Positions 1 to 12,599 of a stretch of 64,000 nucleotides of DNA are shown in pieces (the stretch's first letter is position 1; each line of letters starts with the position of its first letter). The notes beneath the pieces are model-generated. The model ran no database searches and was not told where the DNA came from. It was given only the letters and a program-made list of their open reading frames with translations. This DNA comes from Mobula birostris (taxonomy: Eukaryota), in NCBI RefSeq assembly GCF_030028105.1, contig NC_092382.1:6090215-6154214 (forward strand), read 5' to 3'. Both the position numbers and the translations under genes were made by a program.

Positions 1-78
1 AACCTTCCCTCCATACCCCCTGACCCCCGTAGCCACAAGGGCCATATCTAACTCCCTCTTAAATATAGCCAATCAACT
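1..78 (-). mobile_element. CR1 LINE 3' end fragment
   Basis: Reverse complement of the CR1 3' region at ~24185-24260 (gagggagttagatatggcccttgtggctacggggg). Confidence 0.75.
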
Positions 79-89
79 CTGGCAATTAA

Positions 90-505
90 TCCTTTGCCAG
101 AGAACAGCCTGTCCCAAACCACACTTGTCAGATCCTTTCTGACACCATCAAAATTGTCCTTTCTCTAATTTAGAATCTCAACCTATGATCCAGACCTCTC
201 TTTTTCCATATTTACTTTGAATCTCATGGAATTATGATCACTAATTTCTGTCACCAGCCATGGATTATTTCCTCACAGCTTATTGCACACTTCTGGATCA
301 GGAATTCTACGCAATGATTAAGGGCACATTTGACAAACTCTACCCCATCTACTTTTACAGTATGGGAGTCCCAGTCAATATATAGAAAGTTAAAATGAGT
401 TACTGAATCAACCTTTGTTTCTTGGCATGGTCTGCAATCTCTCTACAAATTTGTTCCTCTAAATCCCTCAGACTGTTGGGTGCAACCAAGGCCCAATAAT
501 GGTTA
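90..505 (-). repeat. Decayed CR1-like fragment, part of the duplicated ZNF intron
   Basis: Same-strand match to ~35375-35780 (ZNF-B intron) and inverted match to ~16995-17410 (ZNF-A intron). Confidence 0.75.
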
Positions 506-974
506 TGTCATGGTCCGGTCTGTGAAGTCCACATTCCGGTTCATGGTCTGGTCCGTGGACTCAGGACTCCGGGTCTTCCAGCTGTCCCTCGTTTGGTTGA
601 ATTAATCACAGGCACCTGATTCGAATCTGGGGCTTGCAACGTAAGTAGCGCTGGGGTCGAGTGTGGGCGGCTGGTTTGTCTTGTCAGGCCCCCTTGGAGC
701 AACCTGCTGATGGAAGGCTAGTGAAACCATTTGTGATCTCTAGGCCTGGTTGGAGGACCACCGCTTCATGGAGCCTTGTTACCACTCATTTTACAGTACC
801 CTTTGTGGTATGGACTTGGCTGTTTCCTGAGCCAGCTGAGTGGCCGTCAGCCACTCTGAGCTAGATCGGGATCCGGGTGTTTCCGTGGCCAGCTGAGGTT
901 GCTGGCCGAAATGAGACTCGGAGCTTCCCCGGAGCAGAGATGGAACTGTCTGTCATTCTTTGGTGTTTGTCTCT

Positions 975-1490
975 CCTTGTCCTCGCCTCCGTGGGGTAAG
1001 ACAGGCCATTTTTCCGTTGCCCTGCGGAGGGTCCTGTCTTGTCTTGTCCTGTCCTCGCCTCCGTGGGGTAAGTCCGCCCGTTCTGCCGTTACCTGCGGAG
1101 GGTCTTGTCTTGTCTTCGCCTCGATGGGGTAAGTTGGGCCGTTCTAACGTTGCCCCGTGGAGGGTCTTGTCTCTCCTTGTCCTCGCCTCCGTGGGGTAAG
1201 TCAGGCCGTTTTGCCATTGCCCTGTGGGGGGATCTGTCTTGTCTTGTCCTCACCTCAGTGGGGTAAGACAGGCCGTTTTGCCATTGCCCTGCGGAGGGTC
1301 TTATCTTGTCCTGTCCTCGCCTTGGTGGGGTACGTCCGGCCGTTCTGCCGTTACCTGACGGAGGGTCTTGCCTTGTCCTCGCCTCGGTGGGGTAAGTCCG
1401 GCTGTTCTGCCGTTACCTGACGGAGGGTCTTGTCTTGTCCTCGCCTCGGTGGGGTAAGTCCGGCCGTTCTGCCGTTACCTGACGGAGGGA
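975..1490. repeat. Minisatellite, ~55-65 bp unit (ttgtcctcgcctc..ggggtaagt..gccgtt), about 8-9 copies
   Basis: Repeated motif read directly from the sequence. Confidence 0.9.
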
Positions 1491-1666
1491 CCTGTACCAC
1501 CTTCGTGTGGAGATGAAGTTCAGTCCCGGCTTGTCTTAGGACAAGTCCCGACTCGATGTCTACGTTCTGTCCTGTCTCATGTTAGTGTCGTGTTAATGAT
1601 GAGTCCCGGCTTGTCGAAGGATAAGTCCCGGCTCTGTGTTGATGTTCGGTTCCCGGTCTGTCTCTG

Positions 1667-1960
1667 AGCTCCGAGAACCCAAGCCTCGACGATCCCACAG
1701 CCCAGCTCCGAGAACCCAAGCCTCGACGATCCTGCAGCCCAGCTCCGAGAACCCAAGCCTCGACGATCCCGCAGCCCAGCTCCGAGAACCCAAGCCTCGA
1801 CGATCCCACAGCCCAGCTCCGAGAACCCAAGCCTCAACGATCCCGCAGCCAAACTCCCAGCCTGCAAGCCAAGCTCAAGACCCAAGACCCCAGCCTGCAA
1901 GCCAAGCTCAAGACCCAAGACCCCAGCCTCAAGCCTCAAGAGCAAAGACCCCAGCCTGTC
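1667..1960. repeat. 37-bp tandem repeat (agctccgagaacccaagcctcgacgatcccacagccc, ~5 copies) followed by ~33-bp cccagcctgcaagccaagctcaaga repeats
   Basis: Directly visible; explains the repetitive ORFs at 1577-2202. Confidence 0.9.
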
Positions 1961-2429
1961 TCCAAGCTCAGTCCTCTAGACCCCAGCCATGTCCTGTCCT
2001 GAAGCCATGTCATGTCCTTGCCTGGTTCTGGGGTCCGAGCCCGAGGCAAGACCCAGGTTCTGTGTCCTTATCCAGCCTCAGGCTCGGAGTACAAGCCTTA
2101 TCTCCTAGTCCATGGTTCCTAGTCTTGGTGCCGCTTTCCCTAGCCCAAGTCTGCGTTCCTGTCCCTGCTCCTGGTCTGAATCCTGTCACATCCCTACTCT
2201 AGTCAAGTCCAGATCCTTGTACTTCAGTGTCTGTGTCTCGCATTTTGGTCTGATCCCAACGCCCCTATTGTGACAACAGGAGACAGGTAGTTGGTCACTT
2301 GTTATACCGGGTCTCCCATCAGAGGCACTGGGAAATTAAATTCAGCTAGCAGAGCATCTCAAGAGAGAAATATTGAGAAATCACTTTCACCATTTGGCCA
2401 CAGACCAGACATGGATCGGGGTATTAAAA

Positions 2430-2960
2430 CAGAATCAGAATCAGGTTTAATATCACCGGCATGTGATGTGAAATTTGTTAACTTAGCAGCAGCAGTTCAA
2501 TGCAATACATAATCTAGCAGAGAGAGACAATAATGAATAAAATTAAAAATAATAACAATAATAATAAATAAACAAGTAAACCAATTACAAATATTGAATA
2601 GATTTTTTTTTAAAGTGCAAAAACAGAAAGACTGTATATTTTAAAAAAAAAGTAAGATAGTGTCCAAAGATTCAATGTCCATTTAGGAATCGGCTGGCAG
2701 AGGGGAAGAAGCTGTTCCTGAATCACTGACTGTGTGCCTTCAGGCTTCTGTACCTGCTTTCTGATGGTAACAGTGAGAAAAGGGCATGCCCTGGGTGCTG
2801 GAGGTCCTTCATAATGGACGCTGCCTTTCCGAGACCCCGTTTCCTAAAGATGTCCTGGATACTTTGTAGGCTAGTGCCCAAGATAGAGCTGACTGGATTT
2901 ACAATCTTCTGCAGCTTCTTTTGGTCCTGTGCAGTAGCCCCTCCATACCAGACAGTGATA
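2430..2960 (-). mobile_element. Rex1/Babar-like LINE 3' fragment
   Basis: (agaatc)n tail, then sequence resembling the 3' ends at 13280-13560 and 14400-14660. Confidence 0.6.
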
Positions 2961-4179
2961 CACCAAACCAGACCACAAGTTTATCTAAAATGAAGTGTCT
3001 CCTGATCCTCAGCCATTTCCAAGGCTGGCAATGTTCTTGGCTCAGTTACAGAAAACAGAGTTAGGAAAAATTCCCCTCATCTACTTTCCGCATCGAGGGG
3101 GCAATTGATAGCTGCCCTGCCAAAACCTGAAATGTTATATCATCACACAATTTCTGAAATCCCGGAAATGCTCTTATCACCTGTTTCTGAATTTTATAAA
3201 TGGAAGTTGGAGATGTCTTTCACCTCTAAACAGGCTCTGAAGTGCAACGAAACCCTGAGCCTGGACTTTTACTTAAAACAACACCGCCGTCACATTCCTG
3301 TTTGTGTTTCACTCTCAACCTGCTGATTCAGGGTCTCCGGCTCCTTTCACTCAGGTGGAGCTTTGCCTGGTGAACGGAGTCATTCGACCATTACTGGTGT
3401 CAGGTCCCTGCGCTGGGACTGTTGGACTGATCGATTACACAAAGCCGCTTTACCAGTGGCATCAATGACACTGCTTGATGAAAATTTTCTCTGCCCTGTT
3501 AGCGCCTGTGTAAGTTTCTTCATCTGAACTATTGTGCACCACAGGGCAGAGGTTTAATTATAAAGATCCCAGTGAACGTACCTGTAGCCATTCTGATTCT
3601 GACTAACGATTGTTGATTGTTGTCCTCTTGTTTACATTTGGTCACAGTGTAGGACAGCCCCGCCTGCTAGTGATGCCCTGAATTACACAAAACAAGCAGA
3701 CAGTGAGTCAGACGGAGTAGGAATACTTTGCAAATGTGACAGTATTGCCATCCCCTGTATCAGAGCAGCAGTTCACTTAGGGACCAAACATTCCCTGTTA
3801 ACTGTTACCACGTCTGCATGTCTGTCCAGTGATATCTGGCAAATCCTACTGATAGAGTCACAGAGCAACAGATCACAGACACAGACCCTTCAGCCCAATG
3901 AGACAATGCTGACCACATTGCCCACGGAGATGGCCCCAATTTCCTGTGTTTGATCCATTTCCCTCCTGGCCTCTTCACTCTATCTACACATCCCAAATGC
4001 TTCTAGAATTATACAATTGTGCTGCCTCGTCCACTTCCTCTGTCCGTACCCTCCACATCATCACCAGCCTCTGCATGAAACCGTTGCTGCTCGTGTTGGT
4101 TTTACAATCTATTTACCACTCCTCTGCCCATTTAGATCCCCTATAAACTACGATAATCTTCACCGTGAGTACCATCTAC

Positions 4180-6200
4180 TAATTTTGTGTCATCTGTGAA
4201 CTTACTGGTCAAGCTTGTGCACTTGCATTCAAATCATTGCTATCAAATAACGAATATCAAATGTCCCAACTTGTAGCTTTGTGGTACACCACTAGTTACC
4301 CGCCCCCATTCTGAGGAGAAGCCTTCAACCACCACTCTTTGCTTGCTACCTTCAAGGCAATTTTTAAATCCATCTAACTTTCTCTCTCTGTACCACATGG
4401 GACCTTATCTCCCAGACCAAGCTGTCATGAGGCATCTTGCCAAAGGCTTTACTGTAGTTCAATGTACAACATCCACTCCCCCACCCTCACTGACAATCAT
4501 CTTCAAAACCTTAAAATGTATTGTTCAACACAACTTTCCATGCACAATGCCATGGTGACTCCTGATCAGTCTCTGTCGATCCAAGTGTTGGTAGATATTC
4601 TGTGTGTGATCGGTCCATATTGTGGAAAATTATCTCCGGCACCTCCCCTTCCATTTTCTCCACTTACCACCAAAAAACCAAAGTGGCACCCCGTAGTAAG
4701 CTTATGTTTCTCCAAATGCTCAAAGTTTCTGTCCCCAAGTATCCGTTCCAAGGGTTGGCCCACCCCCTGATGTAACACTCACTGGTCTATAATCCCCAGG
4801 ATTAAACCTACTGGGTTTATTGAATTACAGAACAACATTTGACAGCCTCCAATCATGTGTTACTACCCCTGTGGCCAGAGAGGATACAATGATCATTGTC
4901 AATGCCCCGTAACCTCCCCCCTCACTTCCTGTAGTAACGTGGTGTGTATTGGTAGATTCAACAACATCTCTTTCTGAACGTTTCCATGCTGCTATGTTAT
5001 CGTCACAATCACTGTCCATCTCATTGGTAACTCTGAAGCAAAGCATTCATTAAACATCTTGCCAATCACCGCATCCTCCAGGCACATTTCCACCTTTGCT
5101 CCTGAGTAGTCCGAGTCCTACCCTCAATCTATTCACCATCCTCTTCTTCACCCACATGTAGAATGCCTTGAGCTTTCCTATATCCTACTTCCCAAGGACT
5201 TCAAGTTCCCTTTGACCTCTAAGTCACTTCTTAAGCTCCATCCAGGCTACCTTATAATTCTCTGGAGCCTTGCTTGAATGTTGCTTCCTAAACCTAAATA
5301 ATGAGTCCTTTTCCCTGTTGCTTAAATGTTCCCATCTCTTGTGAACCACGGTTTGTTTATATAAACATTCTTTCACTTTTTGTGGAACAAATCTACCTCG
5401 AACTGCATTGAGGTGTTCCTGAAACAGCCTTCACAGTTCCATTGTGCATTTCCCTTTAAAAATGTTTTCCCAATTTACACTCTCAAGTTGCTCCGAATAC
5501 CATTGCAACTATCCATCCACTAATTAAATACTGTCTCGTAGGGTCTGCTATTATCCTTGTCCATGACAAAAGTTGGGGTGTTGTGGTCACTGTCTCAAAA
5601 GGGCCACCCATTGTGACATCTGTCACCTGACCAGCATCATTGCCTCATACTAGATACAGTACGGCAACTCCTCGAGTTAGCCCATACACATACTGTATCA
5701 AGAATCCTTCCTGGACACACAACACATTCTGCCTCATTGACACATTTTGGAGCAAGGAGGTGGAATCAACATCAGGAAAGTTGAGATCAACAATGATAAC
5801 AACCTTCTTGCTTCTGCACCTTTCCCAACGCTGCCAAGTTATCTGCTCTCATTATCCCCGTGGCTTTGGGGGAGGCCTATAGAATACTCACAGAATGATA
5901 GCCCCCTTCCTATTTCTGAATTTCACCCACATCGATGTCCTCTGTTTATGTAGCTGTGATACCATCCCTAATTAGTACAGACAATTCTCCCCCTTTCACC
6001 CCCCACCCCCATATGTATTATGAAACAACTAAAACCTGGAGCATCAAACACCAATCCTGCCCTTGTAACAGTCACGTCTGTGTAATGGTGATAACATGTA
6101 CCATCCATGTTCTAAGTTACTTTTATTCTTAATACTTGTTGTATTGAATTAAACACATTTCTAACTCACTACCTGATGCCCTGTCCACAACCGATCCTTC
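4180..6200 (-). mobile_element. Old, degraded CR1-like ORF2 fragments
   Basis: Patchy similarity to the reverse complement of CR1 RT/APE sequence (e.g. tgtggtacaccactagttac); no intact ORF. Confidence 0.5.
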
Positions 6201-7159
6201 CACAGTCTCTTTGAACATTGCATCTACCTTTATATCAACTGTTCTATCACCTGACCAAACACTCTGGTTCCCATCCCACAACGACTGAGTTTAAACCAAC
6301 CCCGGCAGCTCCAGCAGTCCTGGCTACAAGAACATTTGATCATCTCAAGTACAGATATAACCCATGCCTTTGGTACAGGGTCAAATGGGAACATTGTAAA
6401 ACCTAATTCTGCTTCATCACAGATTCGTAGGTTCTGACAATTTATTAGTAGAAAAGTACTTGATGACGACAGGGTACGTAAATATAAATTATTGGTTGGC
6501 TGTTGCTAGTTAGGACTGAATGAAATGTGGTGCTGGAACATTTGGTTTCAAGAGGGTTTGCTCTTTGCAGAGGCTTGCTCAAACATATTCTAGGCAACTA
6601 TATCATTACAGCTTGCAATAGACAGAGGAATCAATGACATGTTGCTGTAGTTCATGGTCACTCCACATTTCTGCGGTCACTACAGCAGGAGACAACTGCG
6701 GCGTCTTCTAAAGGGAGGAAATTCTCAACGCATTTTGAGATAATTGTGACCTAACACAGACAAGCAAGGAAACATCAGAAGTGATGTTTGAAATGAGCAA
6801 ACAATATGAGGGAATGTGCATGGCTTCACAGAGCTGCTGCTGACAGTACATTAGTAGATCTAGAATGATTGCAACTGGGCCTGATAGAGGCATAAATGGT
6901 ATTTCTAGGCTTATTAAGTCTCACTTCAGCTATTTCCTACTTTCCATGGTACAGAAACGTAATGTCTAAAGGACTAGCGTTTGAGTAACTGAGACTCACC
7001 AAACTTTCTCCTGAGTGAATCAGTGGAAACTCTGATTCAGGATGGTGCTCTCAGTCCTCGGGCTGTTTCATTGTTGCTGTTCCCTCATCTTCAGTTGTGG
7101 TTTTGTTCCAGTCATGGGCTTTTCTTCCAATAAATCTCTCAGCCCAGATCTAACTTTAA

Positions 7160-7572
7160 CCGGAGAGATAATGAAGCATAGACATAAACCAGATAGAGGT
7201 TTCTAAGATTATGAAAGACATAGATAGAGTAGACAAGGAGTATCTTTTCGCTGTTTAGAAATGTCTAATACCAGAGGACATGTAATGAAGGTGTGAGGGA
7301 GTGGATGCAAAGGAAATGTGAGGGTAAGTTGTTCTACTCAGAGAGGTGTAGATGCTTGGAATCTGCTGTCTGTTATGGTAGTGGAAGCAAATACACGGGG
7401 GCTTTTAAGAGACGTTCAGATAGGCACATGGGTGTGAGGAAGATTGAGAGCATATGGAAATTGTATAGGTGGGAGTTATTGGGGAGGTTGATTAACTTTT
7501 CAGCTGGTTTGGCGCACCATTGTGGCCGATGCGCCTGTTCCTGTGATGTACTGTTCTGTGTTCTGTTCTATC
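7160..7572 (+). mobile_element. CR1 3' end fragment
   Basis: Resembles CR1 ORF2 C-terminus and 3' UTR; (tgttc)n tail. Confidence 0.65.
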
Positions 7573-8971
7573 TTCAGCATCTTGAGTTTCTCTTTGACTC
7601 CCACTGGCAGATAGACAGGTGACAGTGAGGGGGGAATTTCAAAATGTCAATTGAATTCTGAAACCCCTGTCTATATCTACTGGTGCAAACAGACAAAAGC
7701 ATATTTAATCACAGCCACTCCCTGTGAGGGATGGAATGGAAACTCATTTCCTGCTTTGCTTCCAAAGGAACTTCAGAACCAAACATCTGAGCACAGAACA
7801 GAAATACTCGCTCAACATCTCATAAACCCGAACAACCTGATCCCCTGATTCATTTTATCTGGGTCAAAACATGTGTGATGTCCCGGAATCCAACCTCTGA
7901 GGGTCACAGCCCACACCGAGAGCCTCGCACATCTTTTCCACATCTCACACTGAGAGATTCACACTACCAATATCCAGCCCCCGGAGACGTCTGCTTCATT
8001 GCGGAAGGAGGAACATCCAGCCGCATCTGTAATAACACAAACGTGGACCGAAGCCCAAACACTGCCAGTTCCATATTCCTGGAGCCCCCATCCCAAGATT
8101 ATATCTCAAGCACCAACTCTCCCAGGGCTCTTTGCCGCTGGTAATATGCGGCAGTGTCTCAGCTAATGCCAGTTCAATCTTCTTGCTGCGTGGGATCTCG
8201 CCCAGTACAGCTGGCTGCCATGTTTCCTGCAGTGTAGCAGGAACAAAATGTAAAATTATAAAGTAGAAAATGCTGGGAACTCAGTACGTCAGACTACATC
8301 TCTGAAAGGACAAATGGTGGAAGACCCAGTTTCAGAACTGAGACTGTCCAAGGTGCTGCTGACCTGCTGAGCATTTCCAGTATTTTCTCCTCCTTCCTTT
8401 AAATTTCCTGCAACTGTAGTATTCTCTCCCTCTTCATTTTAATTCACTGATAGTAACTGATTGTAAAATATCAGCAACACCCTAAATTGTAAATGCCACC
8501 CCACCCCAACCCATTTGTTAGTTCTCAGTTCATTCTGACCCTGGTGTAATACATTCCATACAGTCAATGCTCACAGCATCCTTTCCTCCCACTGTCACTC
8601 TGTTACATTTGCTTCTGCGGCCACTGTCTCTACGCTGAGAGCCGGTGACCACAGAGCGATAAAAAGTACAACACTTGCTGCAGCTCTGACGGGCTGTTAC
8701 CCTGGAAACGGAGGAAGTGGCTCACCGAAAATAACCGAAAAAGGAAACAACAAACTCAACATCAGATGCTGTGAGTGTCAGTATTACAAAGATTAACACT
8801 GCAGCCATTTTGTAACGGGGAAACTAAAATTGAAATGGCTGCTTTTACCCTGCCACCTGCTGTGTTCAATTAAACCTCTGGTAGCTCCAGCTATCAAAAA
8901 CCCAATCCTGGAAAAGATGCAAAACAAAACTTCACAATGAAGACAAAGTTTGAAAGAGAGATTGCTGAAAT

Positions 8972-9369
8972 ATATCATTGCAGCAATGGTACTGTATACA
9001 GGCTGGACAGAGGTTGAACAAGATGGGTGACATATATCATTGAGGTGGTGAGATACAGGCTGGACAGAGATTGAACAAGATGGTTGATATATATCATTGA
9101 GGTGGTGAGATACAGGCTGGACAGGGAGTGAACAAGATGGGTGATATATATCATTGAGGTGGTGAGATACAGGCTGGACAGAGATTGAACAAGATGGGTG
9201 ATATATATCATTGAGGTGGTGAGATACAGGCTGGACAGAGATTGAACAAGATGGGTGATATATATCATTGAGGTGGTGAGATACAGGCTGGACAGAGATT
9301 GAACAAGATGGGTGATATATATCATTGAGGTGGTGAGATACAGGCTGGACAGAGATTGAACAAGATGGG
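8972..9369. repeat. 57-bp minisatellite, ~7 copies
   Basis: Unit gagattgaacaagatgggtgatatatatcattgaggtggtgagatacaggctggaca; 19-aa periodicity in ORF 8975-9325. Confidence 0.95.
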
Positions 9370-9539
9370 CAGGGGATGAGCAGATGGAGCCAGATGGGAG
9401 CAGGGGATCAAGGGCGATCTCTGATGGTCCTCCAGCAAAACACAGATCCTGAAATGATAGTACTCACTAGTAGATAACAGATATCAGTAGTATACCAAAG
9501 CCAGAACAAACAATAACTTTGGTATATGCCCTTTTCCAC

Positions 9540-10080
9540 TTCACACATTTCATCAATGCTCCGCAGAAAGTATCCCATCTGGGTACTTCACATCTTCACA
9601 CAGCTACTGCTCTTCCTTTAACTGAATGAAGTAGTGGAGAACTGTGGACACAGCTGAGCACATCATAGAAACCAACCTCCCCTCCATGGACTCAGTCTAC
9701 ACTTCCCACCGCCTCAGTAAAGCAGCCAACGTAATGAAAGATCCCCACAACCTGAACATTCTCACTTCTCACCCTCCCACAGGGGTGAAGATAAAATAAA
9801 ACAGAAACATACCACCCAGGCTCCATGAAGATGTCCATTCTGCTGTTATAAGCGAACTGAATGTTCCCCAGGGTGATGAGTGGACTCCTGACCTCACAGT
9901 CTAAATCGATGTGACCTTGCACCACATATCTACCTACACTGCACTTTCTCTGTAACCATAAGGATTTGTTCCACTCTGGTATTGCTTTACCTCAATGAAC
10001 TGCTGCAATGTATTGATCTGTGCGGATAATACCGAACTCACGGTTTTCACTCAACCTCTGTACATGTAAAACAAAATAAA
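9540..10080 (+). mobile_element. Degraded Rex1-like LINE 3' fragment
   Basis: Resembles the other Rex-type 3' ends; inverted paralog at ~41600-41990. Confidence 0.5.
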
Positions 10081-10399
10081 GATTCCCCATTTTAATCGTG
10101 TGGAAATATTAGACAGACTGGGTTGCTCCTTTGGAACTTCTGGAGGGAGTGTACATAATTATGAGAAACCCAGATAAATGAACAAGACTTAATTCTCTCA
10201 TTAACCGAGCCAGATATCGGGAAACACTGTCAGCATTTCGGCAAGTCGTAGTCATGGAAAGAAAATGTAAATAAACTTCCCAGACCCCCGAGAGGACGTG
10301 AGAGATCTGGATCTCACTGTCCTGTCTGAACGGGGAAAGATGAAACTACTCATACACGTGAAGCAGTGACCCAAGGGTGCTATCACTATGTTTAACCCT

Positions 10400-11020
10400 C
10401 GAGTCTGCAAGAACACAACGGGACGAATGGCCGCTTCCAGTCTGCTGGAAATATGTAAAACAACTATCGATCCAGGTGAAGTTTGGATCCGAGACCGGGC
10501 CGGGTGATGGAGATAAAGGTCCCCAGGTACAACTCACCGGATGGGTTCGGTCTCGGCATCACCACCTCATCCCGCTCCTGGGACCAGATCACCAGGGGCT
10601 GAGCGGCGGCTCATCTCAGACTCTTCCGTGTGAAGGTCTCACAACTCGGACCGACCCCAAGGCCGCCAGTTCGAGGAAGTTAGCGGAACTCACCGCCAAA
10701 CATCAGGTCCCCGCTCCCCCCGGGATCGGCTTCAGTACTCTCCGATGGGAAATTGTCGGTCTCCTTCACCCTGGTGACCGGCCTCAATACTCACCGACGG
10801 GAACCTGCTCGATTTGCCCCGCAGACAGCGATCCGCTTCAACAGAGAACGGAAAGAAAACCAGCGCCCATCCGGGGACTGTGAGGGCGGGGCGGAGGCGG
10901 GGCCTCGGAAGCAAAACCCCGCGGATGCTGCAGATCTGCGTTCAACGGGAGCGAGACCCGGGATCACGTGACGGGTGGAGGGTCTCCCACGTGACCCGGT
11001 GACTCCGCCCCCTCACTCCT
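10400..11020 (-). promoter_or_regulatory. CpG-rich promoter and first-exon region of a leftward (minus-strand) transcript
   Basis: Dense CpG; GC-box cluster at 10884-10903; CACGTG at ~10965 and ~10988; minus-strand GTGAGT donor at 10794-10789, with similar donors near 10535 and 10692. Confidence 0.55.
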
Positions 11021-11559
11021 CGATCGTGGAATTAATTTCCATCTTCTGCAGCCCCGTGTTGCCCCAACCACTCACCTCCCACCCCCGTCACTATTTCCAC
11101 CTTCCCACCTCCCCCTCACCTGGATCCACCTCTCACTCCCCAGCTCTTGCCCCATCCCCACCCCTCACCTCTTTTCTCGGACTATTTCCCGTCCACTCTC
11201 AGTCCAGAGGGAGGGTCTCGGCCCGAAATGTTGACGGTCCATTTCCCTCCACAGATGCTGCCCGACCCACTGAGTTCCTCCGGCAGTTTGTTCTTTGGTC
11301 TGTGTGACCCGTGTTAGTGTGGGGAGCGGGATTTTACACCATATTCCCGGTACAGTCTCAACAAAACACAAATAATTGTCACTTTGCCCGGACCATTGGC
11401 CCCGCTTGCAGGGCAACAGTCTGCCGGTGTTTGCCCCCCAATGTGGTGAATCGCCACCACCGTGGGCTCAGACATTTCCACAGATGAGCCCCTCCTGTCC
11501 CCACCGGGACAAACATCCTGTCCGCCCCCTCTCTCCCCGTCTTCATCCTCTCCCTCCCC

Positions 11560-12100
11560 GGGGAACCGGCATCAAACCGACGGGCCGAGCGGTCTCCTCC
11601 TACCTCTCAGCGACACATCAGACTCCGGCCGCAGGAGACGCTTCACAAACGCCCCAACTTCCCTCGGAGGGAAATGGAAATAAATCAGAAAGCGGACATT
11701 TACTTTGACGGTTGTCCCGCCGTGACGGAAAGTTCGGGAGACGGAGTCAGCGGGGGTAACGCCCTCTCGGCTGGTCCGCCTCCTCTATTGGTTGGAAGTA
11801 TTGATTGACATCGCTTCGCACCAATGAGAATAGAGCAGCGCATGAATGCTCTGTTGACACCACTGGGGGAGGGGCTGGTCACGTGATTAGTAGCCCGGCC
11901 GTTAAACCGACCAAGCTCGAGCTCACCAGCGCGCGGGGCACAAAAGGCCCCGGATGATCGGTTGAGGTGAGAAGGGATCTCCGGGTTGGGGGTCTCACCG
12001 GGCGGCGTTTCCAACACCGACTTCGGGTAGTTGCTGTGACTCCGGACTCCGTGACCCGCAATCCCGGGACAGTCCTGCTCTCTTCCCTCTCTCTCAGCCC
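11560..12100. promoter_or_regulatory. Putative bidirectional CpG promoter of ZNF-A
   Basis: ATTGG 11787, CCAAT 11821, GGTCACGTGA 11877; plus-strand donor GAG|GTGAGA at 11967; polypyrimidine acceptor AG at 12096-12097; minus-strand donor GAG|GTAGGA at 11603. Confidence 0.6.
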
Positions 12101-12599
12101 CACCATCCGTACACGGGCCCCGGGGAGCTTCCGGCTGATGAGGGAATGGGAACCGATGGGTCTCTCAGACAGAGCTGAGCTCCAGCTGTCTAAATGCAAG
12201 GATCGGGAACTCGGAGAAAGGGAACAAAATCTTTTACATCAGCTGTTGTGAAAATCACCTTTGTTCTGCCTCCAGTCACAAACAAGAGAAAATCTGCAGA
12301 TGCTGGAAATCCGAGCAACACACACAAATTGCCGGAGGAACTCAGCATTAGTACTCTTTTCCATAGATGCTGCCTGGCCTGCTGAGTTCCCCCAGCATTT
12401 TGTGTCTGTTGCTTGTTCCACCCCCTCTTGTTCTGGACTTTCTACCCGTGAGAACATGTTTTGTCCCACTCTCTCTGGGTACATAATGATATCAAACACC
12501 TTTGTCCTGGGCAACAAGTAGCTTTCACATCACAAATGTGCCAGACTCCAATGAGACAGACTACTGCCCTTCCCTTCATATTCATTGGCATTGCCATCA

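Larger units (their letters stand above)
506..2275. mobile_element. LTR-like element (probable solo LTR) with internal tandem repeats
   Basis: Starts TGTCA at 506 and ends TGACA at 2275 (TG..CA, inverted termini). It abruptly interrupts the intron homology. No matching TSD and no coding domains seen. Confidence 0.5.

Noticed and set aside
1577-2202. ORFs up to 188 aa
   Set aside because: Translations of tandem repeats inside the LTR-like element.
7970-8226. Minus-strand open frame after a ctgcag acceptor (ETWQPAVLGEIPRSKKIELAL...)
   Set aside because: No recognisable homology or upstream in-frame start; kept only as a possible non-coding exon.
8972-9369. CRISPR-like or repetitive-protein appearance of the 57-bp array
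   Set aside because: No unique spacers and a eukaryotic context; an ordinary minisatellite.
11165-12521. Identical short ORFs recurring in three places
   Set aside because: They reflect DNA-level duplication of a GC-rich promoter block, occur on both strands and have no domain signature.
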